A DNA stretch of 63,750 nt, filler included, from Craspedostauros australis (Eukaryota): assembly GCA_030167865.1 (NCBI GenBank). It is 8 parts of 8 records of this genome, joined end to end, with 100 filler letters (N's around TTAATTAATTAA, not from the genome) between each part and the next. Parts side by side here need not be neighbours in the genome. Positions count along the whole stretch, not along the records: positions 24,729 to 38,088 come from JALAGF010005274.1; positions 38,189 to 40,840 come from JALAGF010005275.1; positions 40,941 to 44,228 come from JALAGF010005276.1; positions 44,329 to 53,331 come from JALAGF010005278.1; 4 more parts are not named here. The stretch is one strand, 5' to 3'. Under the pieces are notes generated by a model. The model was not told the DNA's origin, did no database searches, and saw nothing but the letters and a program-made list of their open reading frames with translations. Of the stretch, positions 31,556 to 44,363 are shown piece by piece. The position numbers and the translations under genes were made by a program. How positions within the stretch are numbered: position 1 is the stretch's first letter; each line of letters opens with the position of its first letter.

Positions 31556-32311
31556 TGTCAGGAATCGGGGGTACGCTTTTACTAAGATACCCATGATTGC
31601 CGCACCTCCCAATAATATCTTCACAACTTGACGAGATCAACTTTGTTGATAACACTCGGACCACCTTGCAGCCTGTCCCCCATCACCCCTCTGTCCATGA
31701 ATGGCATCAACATCAATCATGTCCCGCCATGGAGCCTATCCATGCACCACCGCTGAAATGAGGGCGAACCTATGGTTCGACCACAAGGGATGTAGTCGCA
31801 CATGAACCAAGACTATGGGCGACATCGTCAATATATATTAGACATGTTGATGCGCATCGACGGACAAGGGATCGCTTCTCTGAGAAAGAGAAATGGAGGC
31901 GATGCCCCTATCCGCTCAAGAGCACGAATGACAACGCGACATGGTTTGAACATGACCGGTGAGTATGTGATGATAGCGCAGGAGGAATACTGAGGAACCG
32001 AGGGCCATGTGGGATCGATCAGGCTGAGACCCATGCTGAAGGTACCTGTGCGTCTATGAGAGATGCTGCTCGAATGTAGAAGATGCAAATCACCACGATG
32101 ATGCATGATGAATCTGCAGAAGAGAGCATGAGAGCAAGATGATGAAGCAGATGAAAGCAACCATGAACAAGTGCATGATCATGGTGAACTGCTACGGATT
32201 ACGCTTGTTGTTGAATTGGAATTGAAGAGTCAAGGAGTTTGTTCTCACAGTTCTAAATTGGTACAGATTGATAACAGATTAATCTACTACCTTAACCCCG
32301 GATTTCCAACA
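31556..32311 (+). repeat. Putative 3' LTR (756 bp)
   Basis: Purine tract GGAAGGG directly before TGTCAGGAATCGGGG. The candidate end CCCCGGATTTCCAACA is an imperfect inverted repeat of the start (TG...CA). No second LTR is available to confirm it. Confidence 0.6.
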
Positions 32312-33615
32312 GATGTGTTTTGTGTCATGTGTTTTGTGACGAGCAGAATGTGGAATCAGGTGCCACATGCCAACGTGTAATTAACGCGTACCAAACGACT
32401 GACACCTTCGGAAGCAAGTCCGTGACTGATCACCTCATGATAAATACATGAGAACATGATAGAACCTTCTGCCAACAACAACGGGTTTTGTGCTGTTGGA
32501 CCAACGTGACTGCTATACATACATAGATCACTCCATAAAACTTAAAATAAGGATCTAACAAAAATGTAACGGTTAATTATGTATAATCAGATTGTAGGGA
32601 TTACGTATATGTGCTTGGTTTGGATATCGCAGATGAAAAGTTAGAATGTCCATTTCAAAGTGTTGGTCGACTCACTCGAGGGGCTCCTATGGAAGAAGGC
32701 GAGCTTGCGGAAAGTTAAGACATCGTCACCGCACGTTGTTGTGTCTGGCAGGTGTCTCTGTACCTCGTCACTGGAACCTCTCTGTGCTCACTTTTTGCTT
32801 TGGTTTCTTTGTTGGTCTTTTCGAGGATCGTCGCCACAAATACTACTATCATGCGAGGAGTACCAGTTCTCCACTCTTGTAACAGCCCCCTCTTTGTGGT
32901 CCTTGTGTCGCACCGTGCGTCCAACCAATTTCCGTTGGCTCCCTTTCGCCATCTTCTGACTTGTGGGACGCGAAACCAACTCTTCGCGAGTCGTCGCCGC
33001 AAGGAGGGCGAACTTCCGTTGCCTCGACCCCTGTGTTGCAACCCCACTCGCGCTCACCCAACGCGGTCCGAGAGCGACAGTTGTGTGCTGTCCTGCTGAC
33101 CCTGCATTGACACCAGTGGTACTTGTGGACGAGTAAATGCAGAGCCAATCTCGACACTGGAACTCTTGAATCAATGATGGGAGCAAAAGAGGCACAGGAT
33201 CACATCCCGGTAACGAAAATACTATCACCAGAGCACTTCCAGTTCGCTCATGCCAGAAAGACCGAGTTCACTTGACGAGCTTTCGCTGCATTCCGCTTCA
33301 TGATACAACTGCAACGCGAGAGGCGCTCCGAAAGTTGCCAGCAAGAGATTGTGTTTCCGATCTTTCGCCGTACGATACATGGGGCTCGTCCTCTCCATGC
33401 ACGCATGCACACACAACACAAACCTACGGCCACAGATGCTCTTCTCGCGCTTCTTCGTGGATGAAGTTTGGTCGTCGCAACTCCTCGTCCTCACAAAAAG
33501 CATTCGCTGACAACCAAAACAACGAGCAACATACAACGGACAGCAACCAGCAACCAGCAGCACTCACAAACCAATACTCTATTCTACTCTGACCCAAGCA
33601 TCCGATCTCTTCATC

Positions 33616-34976
33616 ATGGTTTCCTTCGGCAAAGCAACTCTGTTCCTCTCCATCATGAGCTCCGTCATGGGCTTCACCTTGGGCGAAGGTACGCAAAGCA
33701 ATAAGAGATGCTCCAGGCCTGCCGAAGATTGCAGGTGCCCAACAACTGCGTGGATGACCATCCAACTCACATCTCCGTTTGCACCTACATACGTCTACAT
33801 CGTCCATCATCGCTCAATGCATATCCTCCTCCCGCTTCCGCCATCACAATAGAAACTCAAGTGATGATGCAGAAGACCCGCAACCTCAAGGGTGCCGGCG
33901 GCGGCTCCCAATCCAAGAACTCCAAGCAAGTAGGATTCTCGTCAGATGAAGCGGAAGTTGACGCGGAGGCATGGAGGCGCAGCGAAGCTGCTTGGTTCTA
34001 CGGGCATCTTACTCAAATCCAAAACAAGCAGCTCCTCCGGCAGCTTGAGCAGTTTAGTATCATTAATTTGGCGGCAGGAGGCACCATTGCTAACACGCTC
34101 GCAAGTGCCACAGGCTTAGATGCCTGCGTGGCGGGCAATCCAGGGATCGGACGAAACGGACAGTTCACTGAGGTTTGTTGTGACACTCTGAAGAAGCTCA
34201 TCAAGTTTTGGTCGTTGGATCCTGCCATCGACAACACACAACTGGCGAAAATCCAATTGATAGGCATTAAGGGGCAAGTCTTGACAGAAACAGCCTTGCT
34301 GAAGGCAATCTTCGGCCAGTCTCCACTCGTAACCGACGAAGTGATCCAACGTCTGCAAGGGGGGATCCAACAAGGCCTCCCTGGTGGCTTTGACAACCCT
34401 CTGCTCACGACTGGTACGATTGCGACTGGGACACTGACCGACACAGGGACGATTGGCGGCGTGATCAACGATCCGACTGGGCAACGTTTCTTCTTGCCAT
34501 ATGATGCCTCTGCTATCAATATCGGGGATGGATTTACCGACTTCGTGCAAGGCCAAGTTCCTGTGCGACCATTCTTTCTCGAGACGACTGTGATCAACCT
34601 ATTCGCTGGATACTTGAGGAGCGTTGTTGAACGACCTTCCATTGCAGAACTGCTCGGACCAGCCGGGGAAACACCAATCAGTCAAAATCTCCGTCTTACC
34701 GAACGCGAAGTCGTCTTCCTCGTAATGGCGGGGTACTTCATCGCGCACGACAAGGGCACGCTCTTTTTTGATACCTTCTGTGACTTCTTGGAGTATTCAC
34801 GTGCATCGCCAGCGCTCAGCAACTGCGCGATAATCGTCGGCGCAAACCTTGCCGCGATGGACGGTGAGGATGTGAATACGACGAAGCTCATTGAGTACGC
34901 CAAAGCTAACTTCATTGGCATTGCAGGCTCTGATCCATCCATCTGTCCAACTCCACCGGGCTGCTTCGATGATTGA
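33616..34976 (+). CDS. Secreted protein of unknown function, two exons (intron 33689-33852), with an RNL propeptide motif
   Basis: Signal-peptide exon MVSFGKATLFLSIMSSVMG ends at a phase-1 GTACGC donor. A TAG acceptor at 33852 restores the 33708..34976 frame (ETQVMMQKTRNLKG...). Confidence 0.8.
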
Positions 34977-35327
34977 GCTGTCGATCATTGCGCGTCACAT
35001 GGCGATACCAAGGTCATGCTTTCGAATGGCCATGTCGGCAACAAACTTCGCTTGTGGAGTATCCGTAATCTGTTTCCACCGAAATGGACACTGGTAGTTC
35101 TTATCTAGTATTCTATTCTATATCAGGTTGCCTTCGTAGTCTCTCAGTTTCATGGAGCTTGTGTTGCATAACATCATGTAATAGGTGTGATGACTGCTGA
35201 TTGTGGTTTGAATGACATGCCGTGAGCCTGTTGCGTGATCTTCGGACAGATCTGTGGTCAGATCGAGGCCAATCGTCGCTCGCTCTCGTCTCTAACCTGC
35301 TCCCTCTCTAGTGCCTTCAAGCGCCGC

Positions 35328-35361
35328 CTGTAGCCAACGTTTTTGGCTACAGTTGGCTACA
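35328..35361. repeat. 10-bp perfect inverted repeat plus a direct copy (candidate piggyBac subterminal repeats)
   Basis: CTGTAGCCAA (35328-35337) and TTGGCTACAG (35343-35352), then TTGGCTACA again; ~470 bp downstream of the transposase stop. Confidence 0.55.
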
Positions 35362-35826
35362 ATTGGATCACAAAAAACTGCTCTGTAGAATGTAGTACAT
35401 TTTATACGTAAGTCCCGAACAAAAACAGGCCAGAAACAGCATCAACCGCGGTCAAACTCTCCGCACTCAGCTCGTGTGCGTGTTCCTGTGCTCGTACTAC
35501 CATTGTAGCATAGTATATTGTTTATATATACTATCCTGAAGTTTGGTGACTGTCGCTCTCTTTCTCGGCGAGCAATGACACGATACGTCAAGCACCCCCA
35601 TCATTCACGAATGCAATTGGGTATTCGAGACGTGTTTGGGCACCCCAGACACGTTTGGACTCATCAAAAACATCACCTCCACATCCCCTCCTCACAATTT
35701 CGTTCACGATGAATCGCCAACACCTTGGCAACAGATGACAGCACAGTCCAATCAATCAATCAATCAATCATTTGATGCCCTCTTCAGATGCATACGGATC
35801 ATATTGTATAACAGTGTATTTATGGA

Positions 35827-38004
35827 TTAGTTTGCATTTCCCTCGTTGTTTGTGGCGTGTGTGTGGAAGCATGTGCTGGTGTTCCCTTTCTTCAAAACTG
35901 TTGGGCAGCACCATACGAGCGTTTCAGGTGCAGATGATGGGCAATGTTCGCAGATGAAGCCCACAAGTTTCTTGCAGGTGATGCATCTTCCTCTTGCTGA
36001 TCTCTGTCCACGTCTCAAGCGCCCTTTGCTGTCCTTGTAGACATTTGACAGCTGTTTCTGTGCTTTTACAAGGTGATGATCGCCAATTCGGTATGGTGAT
36101 TGCTTCTGTTCCTGTTGTGTTTGGCTGTTGTTGGTACCGCTGTCACTGTTGCTGGTGTTGTTGTTGGTTGCGCTGTTGGTTGGCTCGTTGGATCTCTTCG
36201 TCCCACCGTCCACGTCATCGCTGGCGTGCCCTTGTGCCAGAATAGATGTGGTTTCCAGACACCGTGGCGTGGCATGTTCGTCGTTGAAGATCATGTCCTC
36301 CGCAAGCATGTTGATGAAGGTTCGCAGGCTTAGTTGTTTATGCCTGTGACGAGCCCCAAGATGATACGTATAAGCCTTCATTGCATCCACGACAGTGAGG
36401 GCGAACAAAGTCGTAACCAGGCGGAAATATCCGTCCCTCGTCACCCAGATCCTCTCAAGGCCCAACACATCTTGGCGGACATGGTTGTGGGTGTCCACAG
36501 CGTTGGAAGCGCCGAAATACTTACTTGCCACCTCGGGTCTTGGAACCTCCTTCATTCGATGCCTGCGTTCGTCATCGATCCATTTTGCGATGTAGGGCGT
36601 GGATGGCCCCAAATGACCTGATCCAGAGGAGAACACAAATGGAATCACAGACACGCGCGAGTATTTGTATCCCATGGCATATATCTTGGTTGGGGAGTCA
36701 TTGCCATTGACATCCCCATCATCATGGTTGCGTTGCAATAGTAGCTGTGTTCCAGAGGGCCAATCGCTCATCTTTTCTTGTAGAAACTTGAGGGGGAAGC
36801 CGGCAGACGAAGTCTTGATGATGCCAATGAATCCTGATTTGGTCTTTGTCGCGATTTCCAAGCACGTCTGCACAGAGGCGAACCATGAATCCCCTAAGAA
36901 GATGCTGTTGGGGAGGGCGAAGTCTGATGTGTCGATGTGGATGTTGTTGCGCCCGATGTCATGTGTTGCCAGAGCCATGCGCAGAGAACAGGCAACAGTT
37001 GCCTTTCCGCAATCTCTGACGTGATCAGCCTGGTCCATCTCTCGCTTTCCGCGTTGAATCTCTAAATGAAGCATGATACCGGTTTCACTATCGGCAACGG
37101 TTTTGAACTCCACCCCAAGCGGTGCCGGCTTGCGCGGAATGTGTGTCAGATGGGGAAGGTTTCCGGTGGGCGACAGACGGGGCTTATATGCAGTCATGCT
37201 TTCGTCCATGACTTTGACCTGTCCTGGAATGATGGTGTCGCGCCGACGCTTGTTGAACAGTTCGACCCCAGGTTGGATTTGCCACCACTTATCGTCATGT
37301 TGCCTGGCCGGGTCTGAGAACAAGTATGGGATGAAGTGCTCACGGATGTGTCGGAAGCAATGGAAAGGCATGTGTGTCGTGACATTTCTTACCTTGCAAA
37401 AGCCTTCGTTGATCCTGTCGCCCCAGAGCTTCGTGGTCGAATCCAGCTTCCCCACAAGCATGATTCCAAAGAACACCCACAGTTCGCGCTCAGACACAGG
37501 GATATTGTTTCGCCTGCTTCCGACATCAATTGCGCCTGCGATGATGTGCCTGTTGAGAGCGCCAACTTGCAGTTTCCAATCACCAGGCCATAGATGTTGC
37601 ACCAGTCCCAGGAGGTTGATGCGGTCACGATTGGTGTCGTCTTCCAAGCGTTTCTCGCTGAAGTTGAAACCCGCAACGCCCAGCTTGGTTTGAGGCTCTT
37701 CGTCGCACTGCTTAATTGATTTGTCATCCACCACTGTCCATGACCGTGCATTCCTCAGCTTGCCGACCGTGACTGTTGTACCCATCAATTGATTCTTCTC
37801 CTCCATGTGCGTGTATCCTGGGGACTCTTCTTCACGTCGCATGACGTAGTCGAATTCGTCCCCAGTGAGCAAATCGCCTGTACTCAGGTCGTAGGCTGCA
37901 TGAGGGTTATCTGTTGAGTCATCCTTGTTGTTCATGGGGATTCCTGCCTCGGACTCATCTGCATTTGGGTTGGGGATGTCCATGTCTGCACCATGCCTGG
38001 TCAT
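35827..38004 (-). mobile_element. piggyBac-like transposase (DDE_Tnp_1_7 type) with C-terminal Cys-rich domain; 5' end interrupted by an insertion at 38005
   Basis: Catalytic motifs VMDESM, IPRKP..LG, FLGDSWFAS and NAVDTHNHVR; CRD RGRCITC....CEHC...CC...CFHTH. The first 17 aa of the track ORF come from the inserted terminus. Confidence 0.92.
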
Positions 38005-38088
38005 TGTCGAGATGTACATGTGAGTATATGTCGAGATGTACGAGTATATGTGCATCGTTCACCCGCTATTCTCTCATACACACTTGGA
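38005..38088 (+). mobile_element. Second copy of the TGTCGAGATGTAC terminus, running into the contig end
   Basis: 84 bp that are the reverse complement of 28933-29016, with two mismatches and a different flank. Confidence 0.92.
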
Positions 38089-38188
38089 NNNNNNNNNNNN
38101 NNNNNNNNNNNNNNNNNNNNNNNNNNNNNNNNTTAATTAATTAANNNNNNNNNNNNNNNNNNNNNNNNNNNNNNNNNNNNNNNNNNNN

Positions 38189-40840
38189 TCACACGGCGAC
38201 GCAGCTGGAGAACATCATTGGCACGAAGTCAAGGGAGCCAGCGTGTATACTGTTAAACGGAAAAATCCCGAAATATGCAAATGACCTGCGTGTGTTCGGT
38301 GAGATGGGGATGGTACACATCGGTGGACAGGCTATCAAGGCCAAGCTAGACGACCGTTCCAAACCTGCCATGTTCGTGGGATACGGAGAGTCGCACGCGA
38401 AAGGAGTGTACCGCATGATGAACCTTGCTACCTCGAGAATCCTGATGACTCGAGACGTAACATGGTTGAATAAGTCGTATGGAGAGTTCAAGGGTATCAA
38501 GGATGCCAACGTATCCAGAGTGATGAACGCAGACGACGACTCCTCATCAAGAGACTCGTCTCCAGAGAGAGGAGTGACTTGGCTTCGTCAATCGGACAGT
38601 ATGAGTAATATAGAGACCGATGACGATGAACAGCACAGCAGAACCGGAGAACAAGGAGATTCAGAAGATGCTGCGCTAGAGCAGGACGACCTGCTACCCG
38701 TCCAGGAGGATCAGGAACCAGACGATGACGTCGGCGATGAATCCAAAAGGGACGAGGATGGAAGGAGTGAGGAAAGAACGGTAGAAAAAGCACCGCCCTC
38801 GACTCCAGTCGCAACACCTGTTGCGTACGTACCGAGAATGGTCAGAGATCTCGCAGGGTATAACAACTCGCCCGTTCCTAAGGAGGACAGAGACTACGGA
38901 TCCAGCGAGGCGTCGGAATCTGACGATGAGAAGCAAGGGACTGCCCAAGAGACAGAAGCCGAAACAGCGGCGACAGGGGGGCCGAGCTTCCATACAGACG
39001 GGTCGATGTTCAACAGAGACGTCGCAGGGATGCTGATAGACACCACTCACGGAAAGATGAGATTGGATGATTTCATCGCTGCGAGCCAAGTAACGAATGA
39101 CCGAGTCAGACCCGAGCAAGCAAGCGTAGCTATGATGCTAGACCCTACCACCTTCGAAGAATGCTGGGACCATGCAGATCCCGAAAAGAGAAAGAAGTGG
39201 AGAGAGGCCATCAATAAGGAGTTCAACGATATGACCAGAAGAGAAGTATGGGAGAAGATCAAGAGGAACCGAATGCCGAGAGATCGGCGATGCGTGAAGA
39301 CCAAGTGGGTATTCAAGGAGAAGAGGAANNNNNNNNNNNNNNNNNNNNNNNNNNNNNNNNNNNNNNNNNNNNNNNNNNCGTAGCTATGATGCTAGACCCT
39401 ACCACCTTCGAAGAATGCTGGGACCATGCAGATCCCGAAAAGAGAAAGAAGTGGAGAGAGGCCATCAATAAGGAGTTCAACGATATGACCAGAAGAGAAG
39501 TATGGGAGAAGATCAAGAGGAACCGAATGCCGAGNNNNNNNNNNNNNNNNNNNNNNNNNNNNNNNNNNNNNNNNNNNNNNNNNNNNNNNNNNNNNNNNNN
39601 NNNNNNNNNNNNNNNNNNNNNNNNNNNNNNNNNNNNNNNNNNNNNNNNNNNNNNNNNNNNNNNNNNNNNNNNNGCAACCTACCGCATCATGCTCACTATG
39701 AAGATGCTACTGCACATGGATAGTATGATCATCGACTTCGAGACAGCATTCTTGCATGGAGAACTCGATGAAGAGATCTACATGCAATGCCCAAAGGGCA
39801 TGAGGCATGAAGCCGATGAATGCTTGCTGCTCAAGAAGACCATCTATGGATTAGTGCAGAGCGCCAGACAATGGAACAAAAAGCTGGTCGACATTCTACT
39901 CAAGTTAGGATTTCGGCAGAGCAAAGTGGATCCATGCCTTCTGATTCGGAATCAGGAAGGGAGACTACTGCTGATAGGCACCTACGTCGACGACTGCCTA
40001 TGCATTGGAGAAAAGGAGGAGTTGAAGCAACTGACGATCGACATTAAGGCTGAGCAATTCGGAATCAAGGTGGAGAACGACCTCGAAGACTACCTCAGCT
40101 GCAAAATCATCTTCAACAACGACCAGTCGAACTGCTGGGTGAACCAGCCACACATCATCAAGAACATCATCGATACATTCAAGGATGACGTGTTGACTCT
40201 ACAACGATACGGAACTCCAGGAACACCAGGACAGGGTATACAGAGAAACAGCGACCTACCCAAAGTGGACAGTGACCGACACAGCAGATACCGAAGCGGA
40301 GTAGGTATGCTGCTATACTTGGTGAAGCACTCGCGACCAGACATTGCGAATGCGGTGCGCGAACTTACCAAGGTGCTAGACGGACCATCAGCTGCAGCAT
40401 ACAAGGAGATGCTGCGAGTAATGAAGTTCGTATCGGACACGAGGGACTACGGACTACGGATGCAACCAACCCCGCTGGAGAACGACGCATGGAAGATCGA
40501 GATCTACGCAGACAGCGAGTTTGCGGGAGACAAGGATAACCGGATCAGTGTCGGGGGACATCTCGTCCTACTGCAAGGGGTGCCCATCGTATGGAGATCG
40601 AANNNNNNNNNNNNNGTAACTCTCAGCTCAACAGAGGCGGAATACGTCGCCCTGTCAGAAGCAGGAAAGGAGATTCGCTTCCTCACGCAGCTAATGGAGG
40701 ACATCGGCTTGACGATGACCAAACCAGTGGATGTGTATGTGGACAATGTGGGGGCCATCTTCATTGCCTCCAATCCGTCGACATCAGCGCGAACGAGACA
40801 CATCGATATACGACATCATTTCACTCGGGAGCTGATAGAC
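38189..40840 (+). mobile_element. Second, diverged Ty1/copia copy (IN C-terminus, RT, RNase H), gapped
   Basis: Collinear with 29017-31470 (AMMLDPTTFEECWDHADPEKRKKWREAI, YVDD, ADSEFAGD) with many synonymous differences. Confidence 0.95.
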
Positions 40841-40940
40841 NNNNNNNNNNNNNNNNNNNNNNNNNNNNNNNNNNNNNNNNNNNNTTAATTAATTAANNNN
40901 NNNNNNNNNNNNNNNNNNNNNNNNNNNNNNNNNNNNNNNN

Positions 40941-41595
40941 GCAGAATCGGAAATGGCTTGAGCAAGAGTGTCATGTTGAGATCCGCGACGGTGGAAATCA
41001 ACCACGATGGTTGTCCCTGTAGTGCTCCTCCGCTTGCCCCGTTAGCTTGGTTCACATTCACCACCGAGGATGGATGTGTGACAACGGTGCTGCATTTAGA
41101 TTTCTGCAACGAGGGATGCATGATGACGAAGAAATCTGCGGCGTACTTGGACCGTGGAAACGAGTGCAACTCGATCCCATGCTTCCATACGGCCACGGCA
41201 TCGTAGAGGGCCGCTGTAAATTTTGGCGCGCAATTCGTGACGCTGAGCATGTAGGCCACGCGAGCGACAGGTTCGTCCCATGTCTGCGCTGTTGTGCCAG
41301 ACAGGGATGGCAATGGCGTGTCTTCTTGAGAAGCGGGCGGGGTCATTTGAGCTGGCTCATTTTCCGCGGCCACGAGATTCATGTCAAATGGCTGCTGAGA
41401 GGCCTCCTGTGAAGGCCCGAGCTGATTTTGCCCAACCAGGAACGATGAGATGATGCTACCAAGGAGCAGCAGCGAGATAGCGGCCTTCTTTGCGCCGCTG
41501 AGAGTGACCTTCTTTGCGTCATCGACGACAGCTTTCTTCTTTTTGGATCTTTTCCGCCCCTGTCTGGTGTGGGCTTTCGGCTCTCGCTTGCTCAT
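40941..41595 (-). CDS. Type II membrane protein, probable GT8-like glycosyltransferase N-terminal part; truncated by the contig end
   Basis: Basic cytosolic tail, TM (AAISLLLLGSIISSFLVG), stem, then VAYMLSVTNC...DAVAVWKHGI...SKY...VIMHP, which resembles the start of GT8-type folds. The DxD motif is not reached. Confidence 0.6.
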
Positions 41596-43821
41596 TCTGT
41601 TACTTTGTTGACAGCGTTGTGGTGTGGCGTGCCTGTATCAGTGTGTGTGGTATTATATGCATTCGTATGTTTTACACAGCACTATTATGGTAGACTCAAG
41701 AACTGCAACGCAATGTAATGGGATACGAGCGATGGCATGCAGTAGGCGACGTTCGAGGCGCTGTTGTGGTGTGAGAACTGTTGATACAAAGCCCGCCACT
41801 CGGTTCCCTACCCAGGCGCGAGCCGAGGGGCGGAACCAAAGCTCGTGCTGTGCGAGTTCAGATACTGCCAATTTGAATTCACGACTGGTTGCCGCTGTCT
41901 TGCTCTGGTCGCATGCGGGTGACTGTTTCTCGCGTCCGTTGGATTTCTTGGTTTGTGCTTGAGCAATTCTGGTCGTGAGAGAGTTATCGCTTGTAACTTT
42001 GTGCAGTTACAGGCGAGTGAGCCGACCAGCACTACGTAATCAAGCACGTCAACCTTTCCTTGATCCTTGGAAAACCGACCACATATTCAGAACCCTTACC
42101 ATCACATGACAAAGGAGACACAAAGTCTACGTTGAGGCAATCTATATTTTTAGTTTTACGGAACTGTCAATGTGTTCATTTTTTACCTCTCCTGCATTTC
42201 AGCGAGAGAGATCCGACAAGATGGATTAAAACGCATTCATGCTGTTTGTTCCAGCGATTCCATTTCGATTTTGAATTGCTTGGTTTCTTTCCGTGGTGTT
42301 CTGATTGTGCCCCGCTCATTTCCAACACGATTTCGTTGGGTGACTGGTCAAAGCGGCGACAGCTTCGTGGACTTTTGGAAGGCGATGAAAGCGTGCACCG
42401 CCGAAGTAGAGCGTGTTATTCTTCCGTGATTCTGTCGATGGTTGGTTTTGTTGCTGCACACTTATGACCCGCCTGAGCGAAAATAGTACACCTTTCTCGG
42501 GAAGTCCTCTCAGATTTCCCTATAAATTTAATATGATGTTCCTCTCTATGAGAAAGTGACGGATTGACTTTCCTAGAATTGCTAAACTTTATATTTTATA
42601 AGTTATGAGGGCTTGAGTTGAGAAATTCCCCACAGTAGCCCGTGCTTTAGGTTTTTAGCTTTCGATCGGNNNNNNNNNNNNNNNNNNNNNNNNNNNNNNN
42701 NNNNNNNNNNNNNNNNNNNTTTTTAGCTTTCGATCGGACATGGATGCGACTCGTCATTGTCTTCAAGTTGGACGTCGGCGAGCGGCGAAAATGTTCTTTT
42801 TTCCTCTCTCAGACGGACTCACAGCAAGGCNNNNNNNNNNNNNNNNNNNNNNNNNNNNNNNNNNNNNNNNNNNNNNNNNNNNNNNNNNNNNNNNNNNNNN
42901 NNNNNNNNNNNNNNNNNNNNNNNNNNNNNNNNNNNNNNNNNNNNGAGGAGCAAAACTGCACCAGCATGCGATGGTACGTACGTGCACTGCGCTGTGCCAT
43001 ACGACATCAGGATGGGATGAAGGTGCAGAGCTATCAGTATATTCCACCAGGTATAGTGGGATGTTACTTTTGCTTTTGCTGATGCTGCTTGCACTTCGCG
43101 AGCGCGGGAACTGTGATCACTGCCGGGTTCGTCGCACCATGATCTCGCGCGTTCCACGTGTGGTCTCTCATTGCATACAAGGGGCACGAGACTCTGTGAC
43201 AAGAGAGGTACAGGAGGNNNNNNNNNNNNNNNNNNNNNNNNNNNNNNNNNNNNNNNNNNNNNNNNNNCAGCTGGCGACTACGGCACATTCCTGATGTACG
43301 CTGCTGTGCTCTGCTGTGCTCTTCTCGAGTTGCTGAGTTGCCGAGTCGCCGCGCGTTGCGCCTCTCAGACAGGATTTCGGTGTCTCGTTGTTGTTGTGGA
43401 AGTTTGTGAGTTCATTTTGCTCTTTTCTTGATCACGTTTCATTCCTTTTCCTGGTTCTTTTTCATGTCGCACCCAAAGAATCGCTGTGTACTTTTTCAGA
43501 TGTCGGTGGACAGACAGACGTGAGATGTGGTGTTTTGGTAGAAACATGCATGGAACAAAACCAAATCAGGGACACCCGGCAAAATGGGTCGAATTAGTCA
43601 ATCTGCGATGTGACTGACCCAGCCAATCAGAGCTTTCTGTATTGGCGATGACAACTGTTTTCCCGAGAAGACAGTTCTCGATCCAAACTGGTGTTCGCGG
43701 GAACTCTTTGTGGGTCACAGACGCCAATTTCATTTATGGGGCACATGGGCAGAAACTCCGAGAATGACCCACGCTAAGTTTGCCTTGGTTAAATCCCGAG
43801 CAATCGTGCCAACACCAAACC

Positions 43822-44030
43822 CTTGATTTATTTAGACGTCATTCGAATTAAATAGACGTCATTTGATTTATTTAGACGTCATTTGATTTATTTAGACGTC
43901 ATTTGATTTATTTAGACGTCATTTGATTTATTTAGACGTCATTAGAAATAAATAGTCGTCATTAGAAATAAATAGTCGTCATTAGATATATTTAGACGTC
44001 ATTCGATTTATTTAGAAGTCATTCGATTTG
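43822..44030. repeat. AT-rich 20-bp minisatellite, ~10 units (ATTTGATTTATTTAGACGTC)
   Basis: Direct tandem periodicity of 20 nt with variant units. Confidence 0.95.
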
Positions 44031-44363
44031 TTTCACGGGACACGCCACTTGGCTCAACTGACTAGATCGACTAATCAAGGTTCTCGCCACATCGGGATCG
44101 ACGAAGCGGGAACAGACCAACAGGCCACGAATGCAAAGGCGGGCCGATGAGAGCAACACATGGCGCTCGCGCGTTCGTTTGGAATGGCCAAGCCATGCAA
44201 ACCACTTCACAACATCAAGTATCAACGTNNNNNNNNNNNNNNNNNNNNNNNNNNNNNNNNNNNNNNNNNNNNTTAATTAATTAANNNNNNNNNNNNNNNN
44301 NNNNNNNNNNNNNNNNNNNNNNNNNNNNATGCCACACAACTTGGCGAGACCCTGCACTGATGC

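Larger units (their letters stand above)
29017..32311 (+). mobile_element. Ty1/copia LTR retrotransposon, 5'-interrupted (integrase C-terminus, RT, RNase H, putative 3' LTR)
   Basis: IN tail KAKLDNRSKPAMFVGY; RT RARLVACGYSQ, DFETAFLHG, YVDD; RNase H YTDSEFAGD, TLSSTEAEY, VDNVGA, ADGFTK. Confidence 0.95.

Noticed and set aside
28933..38088. Composite transposon: inverted 84-bp repeats bracketing 9 kb of cargo
   Set aside because: The sharp boundaries face the supposed cargo and cut two different ORFs, and a third copy has another flank. Two outward-facing independent insertions explain this better.
41960..43600. Coding sequence in short ORFs and gapped fragments
   Set aside because: Stops in all frames, no motifs and many gaps.
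43822..44030. CRISPR-like array
   Set aside because: Contiguous tandem units with no unique spacers, no cas genes, and a eukaryotic context.
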